A stretch of 64,000 nucleotides of DNA from an uncultured delta proteobacterium (GTDB lineage: Bacteria; Myxococcota; Myxococcia; Myxococcales; Myxococcaceae): the NCBI GenBank assembly GCA_963776345.1, contig CAVZMH010000014.1, positions 98,973 to 162,972 on the forward strand. Reading direction: 5' to 3'. The translations under genes and the position numbers were made by a program. The stretch's first letter is position 1. Every line of letters starts with the position of its first letter. This document shows positions 29,365 to 40,068 of the stretch, one piece after another. The notes beneath the pieces are model-generated. The model was not told where the DNA came from. It was given only the letters and a program-made list of their open reading frames with translations, and made no database searches.

Positions 29365-29934
29365 TGTGATGGACCGGCCTAAGAGATCGGTCCTGGTTCG
29401 GCGAAGGGGGTCGCAGCTGGTTCGGCCAAACTGATCGCCCCTGGTTCGGCCAACGAGATCGCCGGGTGCACCGCGTCGACGAGGTTTGCTCGGCAAGGTG
29501 ATCGGGGCTGGTTCGGCCAAACAGAGCGCCTGAACACCCGTGGAGTGTCCCTGCCCGACGAGACCGCCGGGGCGGGGACCTGCCCGTGCAGCCTCGTGCC
29601 TTCCCGCGAGGAGGCACGGATGCAGAGGAGGGTCGAGATGGATCGACTGCAGGAGCTGGTGCGGCTGCATCGGATGGGGAGTGGCGCCCGGGAAGTGGCG
29701 CGGCTGCTGGCCATGAGCCCGAACACCGAGCAGATGTACCGGCTGGCGCTGCAGCGGGCCGGGCTGCTCCTCGGTCCCGCCGCCGACCTCCCGCCGCTCG
29801 AGCTACTCAAGGCCTCCGTCGCGGAGCAGCTGCCCCGGAAACCGGCCCCGCAGCAGACGTCGCCACTGGAAGGCTGGCTGGAGAAGATTGAGCAGCTCTG
29901 GCACCGAGGCGTGGGGCAGAGGGGCATCTACGAC
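29365..29934 (+). mobile_element. istA: IS21-family left end with truncated istA
   Basis: TG-starting end with multiple GATCG-N4-TGGTTCGGCCAA repeats (29385-29520); MDRLQELVRLHRMGSGAREVARLLAMSPNT HTH from 29620; cut at 29935. Confidence 0.75.
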
Positions 29935-30452
29935 GGTCAAGTCGCAAATTTTGTGTAATTTGATTGAGGGGTTCCTCGGCGACTGAATCAAGCGGCCTTT
30001 GTCGCCTCCGTGGTGAGCAGTGACACGTCGGGGTACTGGGGATCGTCCCAGATGGACGTCGCGGCGAGGGTAACGGCGGTGACGAGGCGCAGAGCGCTCG
30101 TGCGATCCGGGAAAGCCCCGACGGCGCGGAGCCGCCGCTTCACCTCGCCGTGAAGGCGCTCGAGACCGTTGGTGGTGCGGATCCGGCGCCGGTGCTGCCG
30201 GGGAAAGTCGTAGAAGCTCCTGGCTGCGAGGAAGCCCTCATCGAGGCACGCCATGGCTTCGGGCACCTGGGCGCCGAGGCCGGACCGGAGGGCCTCCAGG
30301 CGCTTCCTGGCCTCGGCGCGGCTGGGGGCCTCGAAGAGCTGGGAGACTTCCTTCCCCGGTCGTCCTCGGAGCCGCCAGGGCGCCTTGGCGAGGATGTTCC
30401 GGGTGAGGTGCACGGTGCAGCGCTCGAGCTTCACCTCGGGGAGCACCAGGCG
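29935..30452 (-). mobile_element. IS256-family transposase 3' fragment and terminal IR
   Basis: ERCTVHLTRN, IRTTNGLERLHGEVKRR, GAFPDRTSALRL; end GGTCAAGTCGCAAATTTTGTGTAA. Confidence 0.82.
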
Positions 30453-30466
30453 GACCGCCGCCCCCA

Positions 30467-30600
30467 CCCGGACTGCTCTACCCTCGGCAGAGCTGAGCAC
30501 CCACGCCCCACGCCGAGCGCCTCCTGGTCCCGTCGCCGGCCCGACGACCCAGTCCGTACCCGGCTTCCCCCGCGAAGACCCAGGTTTTTCTTCCTTGGAC
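30467..30600 (+). mobile_element. IS91/ISCR-like 3' (ori-like) end remnant
   Basis: GGACTGCTCTACCCTCGGCAG..GAGCACCCACGCC..CCTCCTGGTCCCGTCGCC..GGTTTTTCTTCCTTGGAC, matching 33999-34135. Confidence 0.75.
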
Positions 30601-30834
30601 CTCGTGCTCGTCGACGATGGCTCGACCGACCTTGATTGGTGTGCGGTCAGGACACCCCGTTCCTCGAGTCTCAGGCCAGACTCAACCGCTTCACGATCTT
30701 GCTGGAGTGGGAATCGAGTGATGGTGGCTTCAAGGGAAGGCCGCGACCACACCCGAATGTTACGCGACTAGTTGAAACGGTGCCGTGGTACATTCCTGTG
30801 TCCACCGAATCTACCTTATGCAGGGGGCGCTCAG

Positions 30835-31636
30835 ATGTTGCGGCAAGCAAAGAAGCTGGTCAATAAGGGGCTTAAGAACTTTGGATTGGAAGTGGCCAGA
30901 GCTGGAACGACGGGACACAAGGATTCCATGTTGATTCGGGACACGCTAGAGACCGTGGCTCTGTATCGAGAAACTGTCCTGGCTGACTTACCTGAACTGG
31001 ACGAGCAACAAATTGCTCTACTGATAGTCCGTTGTGGTACCAGCATCGGCGAGGCTCTGTATATTCTTAACGCGGTACAGAAGACCAGGGCCATCCCTGG
31101 CGACGTCTGTGAGTTCGGTGTCGCCGAGGGTGCCACATCGGTGCAAATCGCCTACATGATTCGAGAAGGAACCAAACACCTTTATCTCCTGGATTCCTTT
31201 GAAGGCCTATCCAAGCCAACTGAGAAGGACAAATTGATCGATGACATTTTTGATTTGGGCTCGATGGCGGCCTACGCCGGCACCATGGCAACGCCTATGC
31301 AAATACCTGCGGCGAAAATCACACTCAATCGGCTTTCCTCCGGCTCGAGTGCATTTCATTAAGCAAATGATTGAAGGAGAGCTAAGAGACCTCGACAAAC
31401 TTCCGAGTACGGTTTCGTTCGCCTACTTTGATATGGATCTATATGAGCCGACGTTATTGTCGCTCGAGTGGTTCCACGCAGTTTCGCGGTCCGGCGCAAT
31501 CGCGATTGTGGACGACTATGGGTTCTTGTCATCCGGCGTTGAATCGGCGGTCAACGAGTTTTTGGTGGGCAAGGAATACGAAGTTAGCCTGCCGGTCAAG
31601 TCTGCCGGACACTTTTGTCAAATCACAAAGCGATGA
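30835..31636 (+). CDS. TylF/MycF (macrocin O-methyltransferase-like), frameshifted near 31300
   Basis: PGDVCEFGVAEG, LDSFEGL, DMDLYEPT, IVDDYG; low GC. Confidence 0.85.
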
Positions 31637-31654
31637 ACGGGTTTGTCGGTTAGC

Positions 31655-31840
31655 TCTGCTTCGTCGAGGGCTTCTCGCTCCACGCCGACACCTGGCTTCA
31701 CGAGAATGACGTCGTCGGCCTCGAGCGGCTGTGCAACTACGGCGCCCGGGGGGCCGCTGTCGCTCGAGTGGCTGTAGGCATTGCCCAACGGATGACTCGC
31801 CTACCGGATGAAGCGGGCCTCCCCCACCGGAGACTTGGAC
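31655..31840 (+). mobile_element. IS91-family Y2 transposase internal fragment (decayed)
   Basis: Own translation: GFSLHADTWLHENDVVGLERLCNYGARGPLSLE..LAYRMKRASPTG; ends at CTTGGAC. Confidence 0.8.
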
Positions 31841-32547
31841 GAACCCTGGCGACGGTGGCGTGCTCACCAGCGACGTGCCAAGTGTGATTCAGATTGGATA
31901 CCTTAGGTTCAACGACATCGTCTTCCAGGCTTGGAACACCGCGTGCGACCCGAACTACTCTGAACCGCTGTTTCAGGCAGTGACTCGCACCGAGACGACG
32001 TTCACTCTCGAAGCGGGATTGCGGTGCTCCACGGGAGGAGAAGGGTGCGCGGGGGCGGTCGTAATCTGGGAGGGCTCGGGAGCCAGGAACGGTGACGCCC
32101 TGAATGTTCACCTCAGTGGTTCCATCGATTTCCCTTACCAGGGTGGGTTCTGTGGGGATGCGGTGAGTGGGGGGGTACGTGGCCGTATTCGTACACGTTC
32201 TCCGGTACCCGCACGGGTCCCTGACAGCGTGAGCGAGCTGAGTCACTGGGACTGCTGGGGCTGGTCCGGCATGAAGACGGTGAGCCGGCCGGAGCCGAAC
32301 AGCACGCCGGAGGCCGCGATGGACCTCCTGCTGGACAAGGTTCGCCTCGTCTTCGGCGAGCAGGACTGGAGCACCTGGGAGTGGAACGCCCGGGAGTACG
32401 GCACGGCCGCACCGCGCGTGATTCCGTTCTTCCGGAGCGAGGGGCGTTGGACGCGGCTGAAGGCGCCACGCCACGCCACGCCACGCTCACGTTCATCCGT
32501 GAGACAATCCACCAGGCCCGGGCTCACCGGACCAGGGGGAAGCACCC

Positions 32548-33537
32548 ATGGAAAAAGCTCGCGCAGTAATCTGTGTCCTAGCCTTCATCTGCGCTGCAGT
32601 GCCGGGAACCGCCCATGCGACGCCCGACCAACCCACAATCATCCAGGCAGACGCCGACACCTCTACGCAGCCCGGCGTGCTCTTCATCAACGGCTCGGGC
32701 TTCGGCGCTCAGACGCCGACTGTGATCCTCGGGAGCCTGCAGCTCACGGTCATCTCGCACTCGCCCACCGACATCACCGCGGCGCTTCCGAGCAACACCG
32801 CGTCTGCGAGCTATTTACTTTCGGTGACCAATGCCTCCCCACCAAATCGTACTGACACCTTCGCAGTCGCGATTGGCGCCTCAGGTCCCCCGGGGCCACA
32901 AGGGCCCGCGGGTCCGGCCGGGGCTCAAGGCCCGCAAGGTCCAGCAGGCCCCACTGGCGCGATGGGGCCGCCCGGTCCGCAGGGTCCAATCGGATTCACG
33001 GGACCGGCCGGAGCGATCGGCCCACAAGGACCGATCGGTCTACCTGGAATCGACGGGAAGGATGGATTGCCTGGTCCGGCTGGCCCCGCGGGGCCGATTG
33101 GTCCCCAAGGGCCGACTGGGGCAACCGGACCCCAAGGCCCTCAAGGGCCGGCCGGGTTAGCAACTGCGGACGCGCTGTCTCTTGACAGATGGGCTTCAAT
33201 TGAGGCCTTCCTATCTACGTCAGATTACACTACAATCATGGCATTCGACGTCCCTGCCGGAACTTATCTAGTTCTTGGGCAAGCGATTATTACAAGTTAT
33301 GCTTTTACCAACAACCAAACTCCGACCGCTGTGGAGTGCCACATCAACACTATTGACAGTCTCTTAGCATACGGCCAAAGTTATTTTTCTTTTTATACAA
33401 CCATCAATATCTCTGGTGTCGCAGTGCTCCCCTTGCCTGCCACCATATCTTTGGAATGCCGTTCGTCATCACTCAATATGACCGGGAAATATCCGCAATT
33501 AACGGTGATTCCTTTGGCGTCGGTAACGTTCCATTAG
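32548..33537 (+). CDS. Secreted collagen-like protein (signal peptide, IPT-like domain, 32 Gly-X-Y triplets, C-terminal beta domain)
   Basis: AHA signal site; [18 protein letters not shown]...GLA; AT-rich 3' third. Confidence 0.85.
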   Translation: MEKARAVICVLAFICAAVPGTAHATPDQPTIIQADADTSTQPGVLFINGSGFGAQTPTVILGSLQLTVISHSPTDITAALPSNTASASYLLSVTNASPPNRTDTFAVAIGASGPPGPQGPAGPAGAQGPQGPAGPTGAMGPPGPQGPIGFTGPAGAIGPQGPIGLPGIDGKDGLPGPAGPAGPIGPQGPTGATGPQGPQGPAGLATADALSLDRWASIEAFLSTSDYTTIMAFDVPAGTYLVLGQAIITSYAFTNNQTPTAVECHINTIDSLLAYGQSYFSFYTTINISGVAVLPLPATISLECRSSSLNMTGKYPQLTVIPLASVTFH

Positions 33538-33549
33538 CTCCGCGGGATA

Positions 33550-34135
33550 CTGCCTCCAGTGGCCTTCCTCCGCCGGGTGGCCGCGCTCGTCCCACACCCA
33601 GGGCCAACCCGCGTCCGCTACTTCGAGGTCTTCGTCCCCAACGCCCGGCTGCGTCCCCGCGTCGTGCCGGCGCATCCTCCCCTTGCGGCGCCCACCGAGG
33701 CAGCTTCCTGCCCCGTGGCGCCGGAGCCTGTCCGGCCCCCGACGGCCCCGCCACCCCATCCCCTGGGCCGAGCTCCTCAAGCGGACGTTCCAGACCGACG
33801 TCCTCGCCTGCCCTCGCTGCGGGGGCACCCGCCGCGTCGTGGCCGTCGTCCTCCGTTCCTCGACGGCCCAGGCCATCCTCGAGCACGTGCGGCTCCCCTC
33901 CAGGCCGCTTCCCCTCGCCCCGGCCACCTCCCCGCCCCAGCTCGGCCTCTGGTGAGTGCCGTCCGACGTTCGAGACTCGCCCCGGCCTGACCACGGCCCC
34001 GGGACTGCTCTACCCTCGGCAGCGGTGAGCACCCACGCCGAGCGCCTCCTGGTCCCGTCGCCCTCCCCCTCGCTGGCTGAAGCGAGACGCCCCACCTGGT
34101 CCGCGGCCCGAAAGCCCGGTTTGTTCTTCTTGGAC
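33550..34135 (+). mobile_element. IS91/ISCR-like remnant: Y2 transposase C-terminus plus 3' end (longest copy)
   Basis: PPVAFLRRVAALVP..RVRYF..NARLRPRVVP; WAELLKRTFQTDVLACPRCGGTRRVVAVV..AILEHV; ends GGTTTGTTCTTCTTGGAC. Confidence 0.85.
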
Positions 34136-34265
34136 TCCCGCTTGTATCCCTCGGCGCCTCCGACCAGGTGCCGATAACACCCAGCGATCACAATACGCAT
34201 AAGCTGTCCAAGACTTAAGTCCCCGTGTATAGGGCAGTCCCTCTCCTTCTGCATCGACGATTCTC

Positions 34266-35060
34266 ATGGACTTCGAACAAACTCTCGCTCCTTCCGATTC
34301 ATCTCCTGCATTCGAGGCGTGGCAGGCGCTGTCTTTTTATACCTCCGGGGCGCGCTCCGTGCTCGACGTAGGCTGCAACGTAGGGGATCTTCTAGAGGCG
34401 TTGCGCCATCTCGGGGCCTCACGCCTCTACGGGATCGACATCAATCCAGCGGCCACCGAAGCGGCGAAGGTTCGCTTCAGGGATCAGCCTCAGGTCGAGA
34501 TCCGCCAGGGTTCGGCAGATGAGCTATATCTCCAGGACGGTTCTGTAGACATCTCCTTCTGCCTCGAGGTGCTGGAGCATATACCTAGAGAAATGCGACC
34601 GAAGGTAATCCAAGAGGTCCACCGCGTCACAAAGCCGGGTGGACTCTTCGTCCTGAGCGTGCCCCATAACGGCGCGTTTTCCTTTCTCGACCCTGCCAAC
34701 GCACGCCTGCGCTTCCCCTGGGCCTTCGGCCACGCGTCCCGACTGATGGGCGGGCGAGGTCGAGAGCACGGCTACGAGGGTCAAAAGCATGGCCTTATTT
34801 GGCACCACCACTTTGAGCGCAAGGAACTGATCGGGCTTGTCGGTCCTTGGTTCGAGATTCGGGAGGTCCGATGGCGCGGCGCAGCAATAACACCACTCTG
34901 TCACTGGCTGCAGTGGCCGTTCTACAGAAAGGCCGCTCCAGACAACTTGATCATGCGAGCATTACGCCGAGTGGAAAGGATGGACATGTCCGTTCAGTGG
35001 GGTGAGCGACTTGCTTACGACGTCTGTATGGTCGGTGTGCGCCGAGAGGTTGGTCGCTGA
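34266..35060 (+). CDS. Class I SAM-dependent methyltransferase
   Basis: VLDVGCNVG..GIDIN..CLEVLEHI..KPGGLFVLSVP. Confidence 0.9.
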   Translation: MDFEQTLAPSDSSPAFEAWQALSFYTSGARSVLDVGCNVGDLLEALRHLGASRLYGIDINPAATEAAKVRFRDQPQVEIRQGSADELYLQDGSVDISFCLEVLEHIPREMRPKVIQEVHRVTKPGGLFVLSVPHNGAFSFLDPANARLRFPWAFGHASRLMGGRGREHGYEGQKHGLIWHHHFERKELIGLVGPWFEIREVRWRGAAITPLCHWLQWPFYRKAAPDNLIMRALRRVERMDMSVQWGERLAYDVCMVGVRREVGR

Positions 35061-35122
35061 TTGTGCGCGGGAACCAATGCATCACCCGTTCAAGGGAGGC
35101 CTCCCGGTCATACAGAGGCGCG

Positions 35123-35484
35123 CCCTTGGGCCGAGCTCCTCAAGCGGACCTTCCAGACCGACATCCTCGCCTGCCCGCCGCGTCGTGGCCGCCGTGCTCC
35201 GCTCCTCGACGGCCCAGGCCATCCTTGACCACGTGCGGCTCCCCTCCAGACCGCTTCCCCTTTGCCCCGGCCACCTCCCCGCCCCAGCTCGGCCTTTGGT
35301 GAGCGCCATCCGACGTTCGAGACTCGCCCCGGCCTGACCGCGGCGCCGGGACTGCTCTGCTCTCGGCAGCGGTGAGCAACCCACGCCGGGCGTCTCCTGG
35401 TCCCGCCGCCGTCCCCCTCCCTGGCTGAAGCGACAACCCCCATCTGGTCCGCGCCTCGAAAACCCGGGTTGTTCTTCCTTGGAC
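35123..35484 (+). mobile_element. IS91/ISCR-like 3' remnant
   Basis: TGGGCCGAGCTCCTCAAGCGGACC... to GGGTTGTTCTTCCTTGGAC, homologous to 33763-34135. Confidence 0.85.
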
Positions 35485-35760
35485 TTGGAGGGGCGCCACG
35501 GCCGGCGCGGCGACGACGAAAGGGCGATCGACGTCCGAACCATGCGTCGATGCTTGCGCGCGCCTGCCCGGCCCGCATGCCGCGTTCGTGCGACGCCCGC
35601 CAGCCGCAACGACTGCATCAATCATTCGCCATGTGCGCCTTCCTCTCGCCTCTTCCCGGGTCTTCATCACCGCCTGGTCATCGCCAGCAAGAAGCCCGCG
35701 ATGGGATCATCGAACGGCTTAGCGAAGAGTGAGCGCAGGAAGGCTCGCCGATTACTTGCG

Positions 35761-36534
35761 TCAAACCTTGATTGCGAGCCGCGCGTCCGCATCGATGCGC
35801 GAGAGAAACAACGGCAGGCGGTTCTCGCGGAGGAACTCGTCGGTCGCTTGCCGCGATCCCGGCCATGTCGGGCAACCGTAGTCGTCGATGATCAGGATCC
35901 CACCGGGAGCGAGGCGTGGAAAAAGATGCACGAGTTCGTGCTTCGTCGACTCGTAGTAATCCGTGTCGAGGCGCAGCAGCGCGATGTGCTCGGGGCACCG
36001 CGCCGGAATGGTGTCCTCGACCTTGCCCTCGACGAAGTGGAACCGCTCGCGCGGGTAGCCGCTCGAGTGCACCGTCTCCCGCACGCGCGGCAGCGACGTC
36101 AACTCCGCTACGGAACGCGACACGACGCGCTCGCCGCGCGTCTGCGCCGCGAACTGCTTCCGCGCGTGCTCGGAATCGTGCGCGCTCGGTTCCATGTAAC
36201 GGCATTCGAACGTGTCGTATAGGTACAGCTCGCGGTCATCGACGCCGAGGTGGCGCAGCATGTCGGCCATCGCGAGAACGCTCCCTCCCTGGAAGACGCC
36301 GCACTCGACGAGCGCCCCGGGGACGTTGCGACGCACGACATGCTCGACCGCGCGGAGCAGGGAGACCACGCGCTCGACAGGAGTGAGGGTGAAGGGGCGG
36401 ACCTTGAAGAAGATCTCGCGCTCGGCGGGCGTGAGATCGTACGGCACAAGCCCTTCGCCGCCGGTCCCGCGCAGGGCCACGACCTCGTAGCCGATGGCCC
36501 GAATCACGCGGCGGATCATGTTCTTGGCACTCAT
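35761..36534 (-). CDS. TylF/MycF/NovP-family O-methyltransferase
   Basis: VPGALVECGVFQGGS, LYDTF, GKVEDTIP, IALLRLDTDYYEST, IIDDYG. Confidence 0.92.
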   Translation of the reverse strand: MSAKNMIRRVIRAIGYEVVALRGTGGEGLVPYDLTPAEREIFFKVRPFTLTPVERVVSLLRAVEHVVRRNVPGALVECGVFQGGSVLAMADMLRHLGVDDRELYLYDTFECRYMEPSAHDSEHARKQFAAQTRGERVVSRSVAELTSLPRVRETVHSSGYPRERFHFVEGKVEDTIPARCPEHIALLRLDTDYYESTKHELVHLFPRLAPGGILIIDDYGCPTWPGSRQATDEFLRENRLPLFLSRIDADARLAIKV

Positions 36535-36865
36535 GGGGGGAGCATAGCCTCCGCCCCAGGCTTTACGATCATCGCGCGCGATCCCACTCTGGTGCCGTTG
36601 CCCGACGGCGTGGGTTGCTACGCCATTGGCGCCAGCCGGCGACGCAATAGCGGTGATGCCCTCGACGCGTCTTCTCGGCGACGGCCTCGTTCCGGTGACC
36701 AGCGCGCTGCGCATCCACTCCGAGCCGCGTTTCAGGCTCGCTTTTCCGCCCGCGCATCAGCGCGTGTCTTTCCGGGCGGACCAATTCGACCCTCCGAGAC
36801 TCGCTGGCGGTCTATGAGGAGTTCGCCCAGAGGCTGGCGTAGGGTCCGACTCTGCAGCGCCGGCG

Positions 36866-36965
36866 GCGAGAGACAGACCTCGTCCTCCCTCCAGTGGCCT
36901 TTCTCCGCCGGTGGCCGCGCTCGTCCAGCCCCCCAGGGCCAACCCGCGTCCGCTACACTTCGGGG
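36866..36965 (+). mobile_element. IS91-like transposase fragment fused to a glycosyltransferase tail
   Basis: CTCCAGTGGCCTT..GTGGCCGCGCTCGTCC..CAGGGCCAACCCGCGTCCGCTAC, homologous to 33555-33625. Confidence 0.75.
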
Positions 36966-37208
36966 ACGCGGGCCGCGGGGGCCTCGGAGCTCATCGCCCC
37001 ACGGCGAGAGCGGCTGGTTGCTGGACGACGCGGCCAACGCTTCATCGCTCGCCCGGGCCCTACAGCGATTCACCGAGGATGGGGCGCTCTGTGAGCGTGT
37101 GGGTGCCACTGCCCACGAACACGTATCGCGGTGGACGTGGGACGAGGTTGCGCGAAGGACGCTCGGGGTCTATGAGCACATTCCGACAGGGGGCCCGTGG
37201 AGCGCGTA
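36966..37208 (+). pseudogene. 3' tail of GT4, inverted duplicate of 54148-54390
   Basis: TRAAGASELIA.HGESGWLLDDAANA..WTWDEVARRTL.VYE..GGPWSA*. Confidence 0.85.
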
Positions 37209-38291
37209 ACCTTTCTGGTGAACGGATCGCAGGACGGGCTCCTCGGAGTGCGCGCCCGTGCCTTCGCCGAACGGTTGGCGGACAGATACCAGGTAGCGAT
37301 CGCCTACCGGCTGCCTCGGAAGGTCCGTGCCATCGCCGAGTTTCTCCGCGTGCTTCACCGCACCCAGCCGCACATCGTCTACGTGGCGGACCTGGGGTAC
37401 TCGGGAGTGATCGCCGCTGCGCTCCACGCCTGGAACGGGCGCCCGCGGCGCGTGGTGGACACCGGAGACGCCATCGCTGCCCTGGCAAAGTCTGTGGGCG
37501 GACGGGGCCGAGTCGGGGAACTGCTCACCATGGGCCTCGAGCAGTACGGCCTGCGCAGCGCGGACACGGTCGTGGTGCGCGGGACCTTCCACCGTGAGAT
37601 CCTCGCCCGCCAGGGGATTTGCGCGGAGGTCGTGCAGGACGGCGTGGACGTCGAGCAGTTTCGCCCCCAGCCGGCGGATCGGCTTCGCGCCGAGTTGGGC
37701 CTGGATGGGGTGATCTCCGTGGCCATCATGGGGTCTACCATCTGGAGCAAGCGGCTCAAGTCATGCGTCGGCTGGGAGCTGGTGGAGCTGGTCCGCCTGT
37801 TCAAGGACGCGCCCGTGAAGGGGGTCATGATCGGAGACGGGAGCGGCATCCCCTTCCTGCGCGAGCGGTGCCGCCAGTACGGCATCGAGGATCAGATCGT
37901 CTTCACCGGCAGGGTGGCCCACGAGTCGCTCCCCGAGTACCTCTGCGCGGTCGACGTCTGCCTATCGACGCAGAGCAACGACCTTGTGGGACAAGTGAGG
38001 ACTACCGCAAAGCTGCCACAGTACATGGCCACCGGCCGGTACGTGCTCGCCAGCCGCGTGGGTGAGGCCTCCCTGGTCCTCCCGGACGAGATGCTGGTGG
38101 ACTACGAAGGTGTGATCGACCGCTCGTACCCGGGCCGTCTTGCAGAGCGCCTGCGAGCATTGTTGGCTGACCCGAGCCGGTTGCGCGCGGGCTGCCGCGC
38201 TGGTGCCGGTGGCGCGCGAGCGCTTCGCCTACCCGGTCCTGGCAGACCGAGTCCGGGCGCTGCTGCAGGCGCAACCCAGGGCGCGGGGTAA
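37197..38291 (+). CDS. GT4-like glycosyltransferase (frameshift near 38195)
   Basis: QDGVDVEQF, IGDGSG, FTGRVAHE, KLPQYMATGRYVLASRVGE. Confidence 0.82.
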   Translation: MERVTFLVNGSQDGLLGVRARAFAERLADRYQVAIAYRLPRKVRAIAEFLRVLHRTQPHIVYVADLGYSGVIAAALHAWNGRPRRVVDTGDAIAALAKSVGGRGRVGELLTMGLEQYGLRSADTVVVRGTFHREILARQGICAEVVQDGVDVEQFRPQPADRLRAELGLDGVISVAIMGSTIWSKRLKSCVGWELVELVRLFKDAPVKGVMIGDGSGIPFLRERCRQYGIEDQIVFTGRVAHESLPEYLCAVDVCLSTQSNDLVGQVRTTAKLPQYMATGRYVLASRVGEASLVLPDEMLVDYEGVIDRSYPGRLAERLRALLADPSRLRAGCRAGAGGARALRLPGPGRPSPGAAAGATQGAG

Positions 38292-38331
38292 CGGGCGCGT
38301 TGCTGATGACGGCAGAGGCGCTCACTCGTTG

Positions 38332-39327
38332 TCATCCTAGCCACGATGGGGGCAAGTTCTTCCGAAGCTCGATGCTTTCAAAACGGACTGGCGGCCTAGG
38401 ACCCACTCTTCGCGCCCACTCGGCCATCCGCCTGATCCCGCTCCCTAGGTCAACGGTTGGGTTGGAACCAAAAACCTTTCGGACCCGGGAGTGATCGCTG
38501 AAGGCGTGCAAGACCTCATTGCGTGCCGGGAGGTGCGTCACCTTCACGGGCGCGTCGAAGGCGGCCGCGACTTCCTTCGCCAAGTCGTTGACGCTGTAGG
38601 GAGTGTCTGCGCCGACATTGAACACCTTGTTCATCGCTCCAGGCGTCTGAGCGGCGAGAGCGATGACTGGTGCAACGTCATCGATGTGGGAAAAGGCACG
38701 GGTCTGAGTGCCATCACCAAAGATCGTCATCGGAGCACCCTCCATCACTTGGTTCATGAAGATGCCGATGACGTTCCTGTACTTGTCGACGATATTTTGT
38801 CGCTCGCCGTAAACGTTGTGGGGCCGAAAAATGACATGGTTGAGACCGAACAGCCGATGTGCTGCCTCCAGATCCAGCTCCACAGCATACTTGGAAATTC
38901 CGTAGGGATCCTCCGGCCGCGGCGCTGCTTCCTCACGCAGAGGGAGCTGACCCGCTCCGTAGACTGCGATCGAGGAGGTAAAGACAAAGCAGGATGCTTC
39001 GTGCTTTACCGAGTTGTTGATCAGGTTGATGGACGCAACGAGGTTCGTTTCGTAATTGAACCGACGAACGAAGTGAGAGAGCCCTTCCGCGGCGTACGCC
39101 GCGAGATGGTAAACGTAGTCGAACCGTCCCGCTGCCCACAGGCTGTCGACGAACGCCGTGTCCCTCAGATCGCCTTGAACAAACGCCGCATGGCCTGGAA
39201 CGTTGGCTCGGAATCCACCGGACAGATCGTCTACGACGGTGACGTCGAAGCCCAGCCGGAGACAATGCTCCGCAACGTGCGATCCAATGAAACCAGCTCC
39301 GCCGGTCACAAGTGCGCGCTTCGCCAT
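38332..39327 (-). CDS. NAD-dependent sugar epimerase/dehydratase
   Basis: LVTGGAGFIGSH, YGISK, RPHNVYG, FGDGTQTRAF. Confidence 0.92.
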   Translation of the reverse strand: MAKRALVTGGAGFIGSHVAEHCLRLGFDVTVVDDLSGGFRANVPGHAAFVQGDLRDTAFVDSLWAAGRFDYVYHLAAYAAEGLSHFVRRFNYETNLVASINLINNSVKHEASCFVFTSSIAVYGAGQLPLREEAAPRPEDPYGISKYAVELDLEAAHRLFGLNHVIFRPHNVYGERQNIVDKYRNVIGIFMNQVMEGAPMTIFGDGTQTRAFSHIDDVAPVIALAAQTPGAMNKVFNVGADTPYSVNDLAKEVAAAFDAPVKVTHLPARNEVLHAFSDHSRVRKVFGSNPTVDLGSGIRRMAEWARRVGPRPPVRFESIELRKNLPPSWLG

Positions 39328-39423
39328 GCGAAGCCGTATAAGTCGGGCCTGTCTCTCTGTTCAACTGGCACGGCAGCCAGCCGTGTGATCGTGGGCCTGA
39401 AGAACGGCATCGGCGTACGTGCT

Positions 39424-39769
39424 GCCGAGCTCCTCCGGCGGACCTTCCAGACCGACGTCCCCCCCGCCCTCGCCGCGGGGGCACCCGCCGACTCGTGGCC
39501 GTCGTGCTCCGCCCCTCGACGGCCCAGGCCACCCTCGAGCCCGTCCGGTTCGCCTCCCCGCCGCTTCCCCTCGCCCCGGCCACCTCGCCTCCCTCGATCG
39601 GCCTCGGGTTGAGTACCGTCCGACGTTTCGAGCCTAGCCCCGGCCTGGAAACGGCCCGGGAACTCCTTTACCCAGCACCTCCTGGCCCCATCGCCCTCCC
39701 CCCGCTGGCTGAAGCGACACGCCCCACCTGTTCGGCGGACCGAAAACCCGGTTTGTTCTTCCACTGGAA
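39424..39769 (+). mobile_element. IS91/ISCR-like 3' remnant
   Basis: GCCGAGCTCCTCCGGCGGACCTTCCAGACCGACGTC... to GGTTTGTTCTTCCACTGGAA. Confidence 0.85.
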
Positions 39770-40068
39770 TTTGTCTTCTGGTTCGCCGAGCCGCCTGGCG
39801 TCGCGGCCCCTGGAGCGATACCGTGCATTCGAAAGTGGGAGAAACGCAATCCAGCCCGCATCTTGATGGTGGGTTGTCCACGTGAGCGAGTTGCCACAAT
39901 TAGCCCTTCCCACCCGCTCGGAACTCGGAGCCCCAAGCATGGCTCTCGCGCAGTCGCAACGCCAGGCCATTTGGCAGCGTTTTCCAGGCCCCTCTGCACT
40001 TCCGGCGCTGGACTTCCAATAAGTAGTTGTCCTTCCTCGATCCGCGCCAGCATGTCCCGCTAGCAACC

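Noticed and set aside
29385..29520. TGGTTCGGCCAA repeats as iterons or a mini-CRISPR
   Set aside because: Their position between a TG end and istA matches the multiple terminal repeats of IS21-family ends.
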